From contig OZ251224.1 in NCBI GenBank assembly GCA_965240325.2, positions 2,852,001-2,916,000 of the forward strand: a stretch of 64,000 bases of DNA, written 5' to 3'. This document shows, piece by piece, positions 23,591-33,602 of this stretch (positions within the stretch are counted from its first letter, which is position 1; the number at the start of each line of letters is the position of its first letter). Source of the DNA: Rebecca billardiae RCC1528 (lineage: Eukaryota; Protista; Haptophyta). The position numbers and the translations under genes are program-made. Under the pieces are notes generated by a model. It saw only the letters and a program-made list of their open reading frames with translations, ran no database searches and was not told where the DNA came from.

Positions 23591-23668
23591 GCTGCCGCTA
23601 CAGTAGCGCATATTGGACAACTTTGCAGCACGGTGGGTAGCGCGGGTGGCGCGCTCACCGGCGGCCTC

Positions 23669-26159
23669 ATGGCGCTCGACGCGCGTGACTTTGTGCACGC
23701 GGACTTCAACCCGGCCGCGTTCGTGCGCGCGCAGCGCGGGCGCGTGGACTTTGAGACGCTCTCGACGAGCCTCGACGACGTGCTGCGCACGCTCAAGGGC
23801 GAGCTCGTCGAGGTGATCCACCGCGACTACGCCAACTTCCTCGCGCTCGCGCGCGAGCTCGGCGGCACCAACCACGAGGTGGACGCGCTGCGTACCGGCC
23901 TCGGCGCGATCGAGGCGGAGCTCAGGGTGAGCGGGCGTGGTGGCCTCCGCGCGCATCGGGCGAGCCCTTCCCGCCCCGCCGCACCCGCTGCGCCGAGCCA
24001 CGCGCCGCCAACGCGCAAACTCGCGCGCGCGCTCGCGCACGCGCGCGCCCTCAGGAGCTGCTGGGCGCCGTGCAGGCCAAGGTGCGCGCGGTGGAGGAGA
24101 TCGAGGCGCAGCAGTCGGCGTTTCGGGAGCGCCGCCGCTCGCTGCAGCTGTACATGGAGCTCGCCAGCGGCATCGAGCGCTCGGAGAAGCTGCTCGCCCA
24201 GCTCGAGGCCGCGCCCGCGCCCGACGGCGGCGCGGACGGCGGCGCGGGCGGCGGCGCGGACGGCGCCGACGGCGCCGAGCGCGAGGCGAGCGCGCACACG
24301 CTCGAGCGGATCGCCGACCTGCTGCAGCGCGGCGCGGCGGTGATCGATCTGGAGGGGGTGCCCGCGCTCGGTGTCGACGCGCTCGAGCGCCTCGCGGCCG
24401 CGCGCGCGCGCGCGCGCGCGCTCGTGCTGTTGCACGCCACGCGCGCGCTCGGCGCCGGAGCGACGGGCGCTTGCGGCGCTGAGCTGCCGCCTGCGCTGCG
24501 CGCGGCGGACACGCTCGGCGCGCGCGCCGAGCTTGTGGCGCACGTGCGCGAGGCGGTGGTGCGGCCGCGCGTGAGCGCCCTCGTCGACGACGCCGCGCGG
24601 CTTCCCTCCGTCCCCGACCTCGCCGCCGCCCTTGAGCGCTGTGTACGCGTTGAGCTAGCGAGCGTCGTCCGCGCGCCGCCCGGCGCGAGCGAGGCCGAGG
24701 CGCGCGCGCGCGTGCCGCTGCAGCTGGTGGCGGGCGCGGTGTGGCCGGAGGTGTGCGCGGGGCTGGCGCGCGGGCGCGCGGGGCTGTTCGCGCCTGGCGC
24801 GCCCGACGCGTTCCACGCCAACTACACCGCGTGCGCCCGCCTCCTCGCCGCCGTCGAGGCCGCGTGCGCCGACGCGGCCGAGCTCGCTGCGCTGCGTGCG
24901 CACGCGGAGGCGCAAGCATTTTCGCGCCGGTGGAACCTGCCACTCTACTTCCAGCTGCGGCGCAGCGAGGTGACGGCGGCGTACGAGGGCGCGCTGGCGG
25001 AGGGCGTCGCGCGCGCCTCGGCCGAGGAGCGCGGCGCGGACGCGGGCCACGGCGCGCTGCGGCTGCGCGCGAGCTGCGCGCTTGCGCACGCCCTCAGTCG
25101 GTGCGCGGCGCCTGGCGTCGCGTTGCGCGCGCTCGCGCATCGCTTCGTGAGGCTGGCGCTGCAGCTGCCCGCGCGGCACGTGCGCTGGGTGCACGCGTGG
25201 CTGGGCGGGGACGGCCGCGGCGGCGGCGGCGGCGAGGGCGGCGCCGACGCGGACAAGACCGCCGCCTCCGCCGCCGCGCCAGCCGCCGCCGACGCCGCCG
25301 CGCCCGCCGCCGACCCGCCGCCGCCCCTCAGCGACGAGGGCCGCGCGGCCGCGTGCGCCGCGCTGCTCGCCGACGGCGCCGCGCTCGCTGGGTGGATCGG
25401 CGGCGGGTACGCGGAGGCGCTGGCGGCCGCGCTCGAGCTGGACGAGGAGGGCGGGGCGCACGGCCGCGCCGCCCGCGCGTGCCTGCGCGAGCAGGCCGAC
25501 GAGCTGCGCTCGCAACTGCGCGACGTGAGCGCCGCCGCGGCCGCGGCGCTCGCGCGCGCGTGCGGCGCGCGGCTCGCGCCCGTGCGCTCGATCGCGGCCG
25601 CGTACCGCTTCCAGGCGCGCGAGATGCCGACGCAGCCGTCCGACTTCATGCGCGAGGTGATGCAGCCGTGCCGCGCCTTCGTCGACGCGCACGCCTCGGA
25701 GCTGCCGGCGGAGGAGCGGAGCGTGCGCGCTGCGCGCGCGCGGCCTCGCGCGGCGCCGCGCCCCGCCGCGCCCCGCGCCGCCCGCGTGACACACCGCCCG
25801 CGCCGCGCCGCCCGCCCTCCGCGCCGCGCGCACAGGCGGTGCTCGAGGAAGCGGCGTGCGCCGTAGCCGAGCGGCACGCGCAGCTGTCGGTCGAGCTGAT
25901 CGACACCGTGCAGCGCACGGAGACCTCCATCAAGCGGCTGCAGCCACGGCGCACCAGCGCGGGCGGCCTCGCCGACGACGCGGGCGCGGCGAGCACCGAC
26001 CTCGAGAAGATCGCCCAGCAGCTCCGGCTCGACGCGGCCAGCCTGCGGCGGCAGGCGCGCGAGCTCTTCCCGGCGGCCGCGCAGCTGCCGAGCCGCGTCG
26101 CCGACGCGCTCGACGCGCTCGAGCGGGCGATCTCAACGGCGCCGCCGGCCGGCCCGTGA
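23669..26159 (+). CDS. COG2: Conserved oligomeric Golgi complex subunit 2, 3 exons
   Basis: N-terminal FNPAAFV..LKGELVEVIHRDYANFLALA, plus LFAPGAPDAFHANY, WNLPLYFQLR and DLEKIAQQLRLD. Introns 23927-24054 and 25723-25835. Confidence 0.9.
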
Positions 26160-26597
26160 GCGCGCGAGGGTCACTCGGCCTGGGGCTGCTAAAGGCCCCT
26201 CCCTGGGCCTGGGGGCTGGGGCCGCGTCCGGCGTCGGTCCGTCGGACTCGGAGTGATGAGGACCGGTCGAGCAGCATGCGGTCTCCGACTGCGATCCTCT
26301 GTCTGCTGCTGATGCCACTGAGTATAGGGTATACATGAGTCATCGTCGGTGTATCGTCATCACAACGATGTACGCATGTACATTCATGATCATCGTCACA
26401 GGGTCCGACGACGCAATCTGACTACAGACTTCTCCGGGCTGCGCCGCGGGCTGATCCGTGAGGCCTCCAGCGATGCTCCGATCCGACTCACCGTACTCCG
26501 TAGCCGAGCAGTATAGCTAGCTGACCGTGCGACGATGACGTGGCCTGGGAGCCGTCGCTTTCGAACCTCGCCCGACCGGCCAGTGCCCGGCCGCCGC

Positions 26598-27027
26598 TCA
26601 GTAGATGTGCACCAGGTCGAAGAAGAGCGTCCAGAAGAGGATGAAGGACATGAGGCCCTGCGTGAGCCCCTCCGTCCACACCTGGTTGGAGCTCTTGAAG
26701 TAGGCCGACATCGAGAGGGAGCCCATCTTCAAGCATAGCATGCCAGATGTCAAGAAGCATGACAGCAAAAACATCAGGAACCCCGAGAACCCCTCGATCC
26801 CCATGATGCCAGCCACGCACCCAGCCACGATTGCGCTCGCCACCCGACTGCATGGCGCGGGGTCGCGGCGGCGCTCGGCGCATGCAATCAGCCAGCTGCG
26901 TGGGTCGTCGCGAGGCGCTCGGGCGTGCGCACCAGGTAGAGATGATGTTCGCATTCGCCGCCATCTTATCCATCGCAAACTGCTCGGCCGTCGCGTCTTC
27001 CTTCTCGGGCTCAGGTGGAGGCATCAT
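26598..27027 (-). CDS. EMC6: ER membrane protein complex subunit 6, 2 exons
   Basis: NANIISTCRVASAIVAGCVAGIMGIEGFSGF and the C-terminus GLMSFILFWTLFFDLVHIY*. Intron 26848-26932. Confidence 0.92.
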
Positions 27028-27161
27028 GATGGCTGCCACCCGCGCGCTTGCGCCAGCACGGGTGCGCTTTGCGCCAGCACGGGCAGCACGGGACGCCGCA
27101 CTCGCCGCCAGGCGACAAAGAACAAAGAAACTCAGACGAAACGCATGGCGGCGGCTCCCTG

Positions 27162-28019
27162 ATGCGCGCGCTCCAGAGGGCCGTGCGCGTGAGCGGCCAA
27201 GGGCTGCACACGGGCGCGAAGGTATGCGTCCAGCTGGTGCCGACAACGTCGCGCGCGGTCGAGTTCGTGCGCGTGGACGTACATCCGCGCGTAGCGGTCG
27301 CGGCATCGGCCGCCGCGGTCGTCAACACGAGGCTATGCACGCAGCTCGGCCGTGGCGCAGACCCGATCGTGAGCACCGTCGAGCACCTGATGGCCGCGCT
27401 TGACGGGATGGGCATCGTTGGGTGCCGCGTCGAGCTCGACGGGCCAGAGCTCCCCATCCTGGACGGCAGTGCCGCGCCGTGGGTGCAGGCCCTCGAGGCG
27501 GAGGGCGCGCCGAGCGACGTGGCGTGCGCGCATCCGGCCTTGCGGATACGCGCGCCAGTCCGGGTCACGGCGGGGGATGCGTGGATCTCAGCCGAGCCGA
27601 GCGATCGGCTCCGCTTCAGCTACTCGATTTCCTTTCCAGATGCGGCCATCGGCGCGCAGTCCTTCGACTGGGAGCCGCCCCTGTCGCCGAGTGAGCGCCG
27701 CGCGGAGTTTGCGTCTGAGCTGGCTCCCGCGCGCACCTTCACCACGGCGGCCCAGTTTCGCGCTCTCACCGCCGCCGGGCTTGGGCGCGGCGGCTCGCTG
27801 GAGAGCGCCATCGTGTGCGACGGCGCCGAGTGGCTCAACCCGCCGCTGCGCTTCGCCAACGAGCCCGTGCGGCACAAGCTGCTCGACCTGCTGGGTGACC
27901 TGGCCCTCGGAGGGCGCGCGCTCGAGTTGATGCACGTGCGCGCGCACAAGGCCGGGCACGAGCTGCACGTGCGCTTCCTGCGCGAGCTGCTGGCCCATGC
28001 GGAGGCGGGGCCGGACTGA
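27162..28019 (+). CDS. lpxC: UDP-3-O-acyl-N-acetylglucosamine deacetylase (lipid A pathway), intronless, 285 aa
   Basis: GQGLHTG, TVEHLMAAL, ELPILDGSA, APARTF, GGSLESA, EPVRHKLLDLLGDL and AGHELH motifs. The first in-frame ATG is 27162 (the track start at 27048 is TTG). Confidence 0.95.
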   Translation: MRALQRAVRVSGQGLHTGAKVCVQLVPTTSRAVEFVRVDVHPRVAVAASAAAVVNTRLCTQLGRGADPIVSTVEHLMAALDGMGIVGCRVELDGPELPILDGSAAPWVQALEAEGAPSDVACAHPALRIRAPVRVTAGDAWISAEPSDRLRFSYSISFPDAAIGAQSFDWEPPLSPSERRAEFASELAPARTFTTAAQFRALTAAGLGRGGSLESAIVCDGAEWLNPPLRFANEPVRHKLLDLLGDLALGGRALELMHVRAHKAGHELHVRFLRELLAHAEAGPD

Positions 28020-28178
28020 AGGTAGAACGGCCTGAACGGGCCGCGGAGCGCTCGCACACGCGCACGGTGCTGGTGCGTCTCGTCTTACCGTGGAGCCCGG
28101 GGGCTGAGAGTAGGCAGTAGCCTAACTAATCTAAGACTCGGGAGACGGAGTCGGAGATGCCAGGCTGCGCTTCATATA

Positions 28179-30665
28179 TTACCGATTTTGGGCAACTGAA
28201 AACATGCATTTCGTTTTTGCAAGTTTTGTTTTGTTTTTTGAACTTTTTTCCTTTTTTGAAACATGTTTTGGACAAAACATCTTTTTGAAAAATGTTTTCG
28301 AAAAACTTGTTTTGTTTTGTTATTTGAAAAACGTTTTCAAAACAAGTTTTCAAAACGTGTTTCGAAAAAACAAAACAAAACTTAAGTTTTCAAAACGTGT
28401 TTTGACAAAACAAGTTTTGTTTTGAAAAAGTTTTCTTGGAGAGGAAAGAAAGACCGTTGTCCACCGCGTCGCGCGGCGGGGCAATCGGCGGCGACAGGAG
28501 ATGCCGCGCGAGCCACGGCCGCGGATCGCAGTCAACGCGCACAACGGCGTGTACCGACAGGGTAGGAGCTACGACGTGGTTCTTCGGCAGCGCGTCGTGG
28601 GGACTGCCCTCCGACTGCGCGCGGGCAACTCGTCGTGCACGTACGACGAGATCGCTCATCGACCGTGTTCAAGTGGGTGCGGGAGTACCTCGCGACGCAG
28701 CAGATCGTGAGCACGCAGTCGGGCGGCGTCGCGTCCTCTGGCCCGCCGATCTTCGACCTGCCCCAGCTCTTCCTGCTGAAAGCACTCGTCAAGATGTACC
28801 CGCGAGACACGCTGGCGCAAACGTGTGCACGCCTTGCGCTGTGGTATGGCCTGAGCGTCAGCGAGCCGACCGTCTGCAGGGCAATGCAGGTCATCCGCAT
28901 GACGCGCAAGAAGACCGTTGAGGTTCCGGTGGTGCGCGCGAGTGCGCCGCGGCGACCGCGCATGCGTGCGCGCTTGATGCTTGGTCTCGCCCGGCCATCA
29001 GCGGGTGTGACCCTCAGCCGTGCCCTGCTGCGACAGGGCCAGGGGCGGGAGCTGATGGAGGATCCTGTCGCCGACGCAGTAAGCGCGCCGCTGAGCACAT
29101 CGGCCTGCAGGAGTCCGTGCTTCGTTCGTCATCATGGCGAGCAGCGGAATCTGGGCGCGACGAGCAGCGTGATGATGCGCGCGTCCGGACGAGCCGATCA
29201 TGTCTTTCGACTTTCATCCGCCTCCGCGGGCCCGCGTGCGCTTCGGGCAGGAGCCCTCGTCATCAGTCGTCTGATGCCGTGCATGACGCTGCCATACTAC
29301 TACGACACAAGTACGCGTGAGTCGCTGTGAGTCATATCGATGCGATCGTCGCACGACAGCAGTGACGCTGCACGGCCGCGGAGCCCAGGGCTGACGATCA
29401 GTGGACCGAGCCGTCGGCAGACGCAAAGTCGGCGGACACGACGAGTCGTAGTGCGCGCCGCGTGCGGCCAGGTACCGCCAGGGCCAGGGCCACGCCGGTG
29501 ACGGCGGGCAGCAGAGGATGCAGCACGCGCGTGACGCCAACGTGCCGTGCGAGGGCTACGCCAACGCTGCTCAGGCACCGCAGCAGCCGCAGCTCACGTG
29601 TGAGGACTTCTGCCGACTGTGGTTGGTGGCGGTGCGCGAACTCGTCGGCGGCGTCCGACGACCGCCGCGGAGGTGAAGGTGATGGTGCTTGCTGCGCTCA
29701 ACGCCAGGTGCGCGTATGTGCGTGAGCTCAAGCGGTGGACGAGCACGGTCGCGTGCCACCCGCACGTGGTCGTCGCCATCGCCCTTCGCGCCATCGTGCG
29801 ACTCGGCGGCGAGCTGCACCGCGCGAGCACACAAGCGTCGGAGCACGACGGCAAGATCATCGGCAACACGTTCCGCGACCGCACGTGCCGGGCGGGCGGG
29901 CTGAGCTCGAACAGACGCGGCACGAGCATGCCGCGAGCTGGCCGCGTCGAGCAGGCCGCCAAGCAGGTGATCGTGGGCAAGATGAAGATCATGAAGAAGC
30001 GCATCAACACCGTCGACAAGAACGGCCGGCTGCGACTGCGCGCAGCAAACGGACGGTGCAGCCGGGCGCATCCAGTGGCAGCGGGCCTGCGAGCGAGGTG
30101 CGTCTGCGCGAGATCGTCCATGCGCGTCGCACCGCATCACCACCTCCGCCATCTGACGCCTGCGCACCGCATGCGCGCGCGGCCGCGCGGTCGCGCGACG
30201 CCAGGGCGATTGAGATGACATTCGCGCGTGTCGCGGGCAGTAATAGACGAGGAGACGAAGTGGCAGGGGCTGGTGAGCGGTGCCTGGAGCATGTGTTGGG
30301 TGGTTGCGCACCTGCCAGTGCCCGTCCGCGCCGGCTCAGGGTTCTTACTAGGCCGCCGGCCCGCGTCGCGCGGCGGCACCCTAAAGTGAACATTTGGCCG
30401 CCATTCTGTTCACCGTGTGCTTTCGAGCGTCACTTTTTGGAAAAAGACAAAAAGTGAAAACGTTTTTGAAAAAGGGAAAACAGGTTTGCACTTTTGAAAA
30501 CAGGTTTTGAAAAACGTTTTCGGTTTTTGTTTCGTTTTGGCAAAACTTCTTTTCCAAAAACAAAACAAAACATGTTTTAAATCCGGTTTTCAAAAGTTGA
30601 AACTTTTTGAAGTGCGTTTTTCAAAAAAGTGCAGAATCATGTTTTCAGTTGCCCAAAATCGGTAA
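28179..30665. mobile_element. Decayed IS630/Tc1-mariner-like DNA transposon
   Basis: 28 bp TIR TTACCGATTTTGGGCAACTGAAAACATG at both ends, with flanking TA at 28177-28178 and 30666-30667. AT-rich subterminal repeats (TTTTGAAAA, AAACAAAAC). Confidence 0.88.
28501..28925 (+). pseudogene. Frameshifted IS630/Tc1-type transposase N-terminal HTH fragment
   Basis: RSYDVVLRQRVV in one frame, then STVFKWVREY..YPRDTLAQ..YGLSVSEPTVCRAMQVIRMTRKK in another. No DDE domain is recognisable downstream. Confidence 0.72.
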
Positions 30666-32644
30666 TACATGGTTCATCATGACTCCACCAGTCGCCGCTG
30701 TCCGGGAGAGAGGGAGCTCGCGACTGCTCATCCGCTCCCTGGGCTCGGGGCCCGCGGGCAGCCGGCAGGTGCCGGGACTTATTACTGACACTCACACCGC
30801 GGCGTCCTGTCACTCACTGTCAGCTGTCTGCAGCGATTAGCAGCGAGACGATAGTCCGCGGGTCTCGCGAGACGCGATCGCGGATCGACTGGATGACTCC
30901 GCGGGGCGCGCGCGCCCCCCGGCGGACGGGCCTGGTCAGGCGACCGCTGTCCGCTGTGCAGACTTTGCACGGTGCAGCCGAGCGACTGATGTAGTCAGGA
31001 TGATCCAGTGAGGATGTAGTATTGCAGGACGCCGAGCCGTGAACGTCGTAACACTATTGTAGTCGTGCTGTCTGCGTATTATTTTTTAGATCACAGCTAC
31101 CCGGGCGGCCGGGCGCCGCTCGTCATCGTAAGTCCGAGGCCGTGTCGACGAGGCAGCACTGGCAAGAGTCAATGCCACTGGCCACTGGGCCTGGCACTGG
31201 CTGTCGGTAACTGAACGAGTAGACTGAACGACACTCTCCGAACCCGCTCGGACCGACCAGTCGAGACGAACTTATATACAGTACTCAGACTAACTAATTT
31301 GTCTCTGACCGTCGACTGACGAATCGCGTGGTACGAACTACGATTACGACGCGGAGTACGTGGACGATTATTAGCAGCAGGGCTATACCGAATATTAAAG
31401 AGGCGAACTAGGCATGGCGCCGCTGCCGAGCGCGGAGCAGTGGTCCGGATTGCCGTAGCAGTAGTATTAAGACTCCTGCTCGTGATCAGTTAACCGTTGG
31501 CATTCAGTGACATCGGGCCGCACCCGCGGTGAGCCGTCTGCCCGCACGGCCGCGACAGCCCGCGCGGGCTGACCGTGGCCGTGCGTCCGTGCTTCACTGG
31601 CGTCCCGGATCGGCTTCAGACTAAGATTGGATATATGCGATTATGCGTCGCGACCATGCCGCATTGGCATGCGCCTGCGGTGAGTCGATCAGAGCATCAG
31701 CATTGATGACATATATCAGAATCCGGCGGCGCTCATAATGTCACGATAGACTCTGACTCGTAACTACGACACCGCTACTCACTAGTGACTACTGCAGGAG
31801 TGCTGCAGGACCACGGGTTGAGGTGCCCGACTCAGCGACAGCGCCCGGACTGCTCGTTCCGACCGCGATGAAGATGTGTCATCTGTGAGCATGAGTGTGA
31901 GTGTCTGATGACGACTACTCTAAGACGGTGTGACGCGGCTACTTACTCACTCAACCGTCTGCCAGGCCAGTGCGTAGTAGTAGTACCGACCGTACCGTTG
32001 AGTCCCGCCGGTCCGGCGCGGGCCGCGCGAGTGGTACTGGTAACCGTGACACTGATGCCATCACTCAATACTCACTCTGACTCTCCCACGGCCACTGACA
32101 GCTGACTCCGATGGTAAGTGGTAGCTAGAAGTAGACTGTAGACTCTGTAGCGGTAGAGTCAATATGACTATGAGAGAGTCAGTCGATCGATCTACACGCT
32201 ACCGCCAGTCATCGTGCCGCCGAGGATTGCGCTCAGCAGCTGGCCTGCCAGCACTAGCTGCTAAATAGTCGTCGGAAAAGCCAATCGGTCCCGCGCGGTC
32301 GACTGACAATGGCAGCACGCCTGATTCAAAGGCCCCGCCGGTGTCAGTGTGATGACAGCGTGCGGCCCGAGTCTGAACAGCAGCAGTCAGCAGGACCTGC
32401 ATCGAAGCTGCGCACCACGCAGGCTTCCCGATCCGCCCGACGGGCTCCATCGTGTCGGGCGGAGCGTGTCACCACGCCACCTCCGCACCGCACCGTCTGC
32501 CCTCTGTTGGCATCGAGGCCGCGGCGATGCTGCGGCGCACGCTGCAATGGCGCAGCTCAAGCACGCGTCCTCGCTACCTTGGAGCCTGTCGCGTTGCGGG
32601 GCCTTCCGCGGTGTGCTGTGCGACTGCTGACGCGCCCGGCCGTC

Positions 32645-33264
32645 TTAGAACCGGAGCTTGTTGAAGAACCAGCGGTTCTTGCCCGTCTTGAGCGACGACT
32701 GGTACTTCTCCTCGAGCGCCTTCTTCACCTCCTTGCGCGCATTTGGCCGCGCGTCTGGGCGCGCGACGACCTCCTGGTTGACGACGTGCTTGAGGTCGAC
32801 CTCGAGCGAGTAACGCGTCGGCATGATGTGGTTGTAGTTGACCACCTTGATGAACGGCTTAATGCGCGAGCGCTTGGTCACCTTCTTTGCCGACATCTTC
32901 TTGGTGATCTTGAGCGGGTACTTGTCGATACCCGCCACGATGCAGAAGCCATATGACCGATCCGGGGTGCCCTCGTCCTGCGTCTTGATGACAACGGCCT
33001 TCTTGCCCGCGTACCTGCCCGTGAGCAGGATAACCACCTTCCCCGCCTTCAAGCTGCGCACGCGGCGCGCATACGCATCCGCAGAGGCGGCAGGGCAGAC
33101 GTGAGACCACTGGCATCGCCGGCAGGCCATGTGGCCGAAGGGCCCACCCGCGATCCCGCTGGCGCTACAGGGACGCGCCACCTGCATAGCCGCGGCGGCG
33201 GGCGTGCACACAATTTGGTCTTCTTGACCTCGCCATCGGCGTCGCCCTTGTCCTTCGGCGCCAT
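32645..33264 (-). CDS. RPL27: 60S ribosomal protein L27 (eL27), 2 exons
   Basis: [50 protein letters not shown] and [13 protein letters not shown]. Intron 33054-33211. Confidence 0.97.
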
Positions 33265-33602
33265 GTGTCACCGCTTGCAGGAACACGCGGCCACGCGCCT
33301 CCCCTGACCAGGTGGTCAGGGCGCACCAGCACCAGGTCCGGGCCTGAGTCACCTTGCTTGAGCCTTTGAGCCCCGTCGCCGGACTTTCCGGATAGGTCCG
33401 GGGAGGAGTGGAGACTGGAGAACGGCCTTTCCGGACTTTCCGTCCGTTACGCAATACGCACGGCGGCCGTTGCCCGGCTGTGCTGCTCGAATCATTTTGA
33501 GGACAGCATGCCTGCCGTGGCACTGCAGCGCGACCCTTTGCGCTGCGTGCATCGGTGCCAGTGACGCGACAGCACTCGTGGAGGATGCGACATCGAGCAT
33601 CC

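Noticed and set aside
30670-32600. Long ORF-poor region with GACT/AGT-rich sequence
   Set aside because: No defined repeat unit, RNA gene or termini found; it resembles other intergenic stretches in the window.
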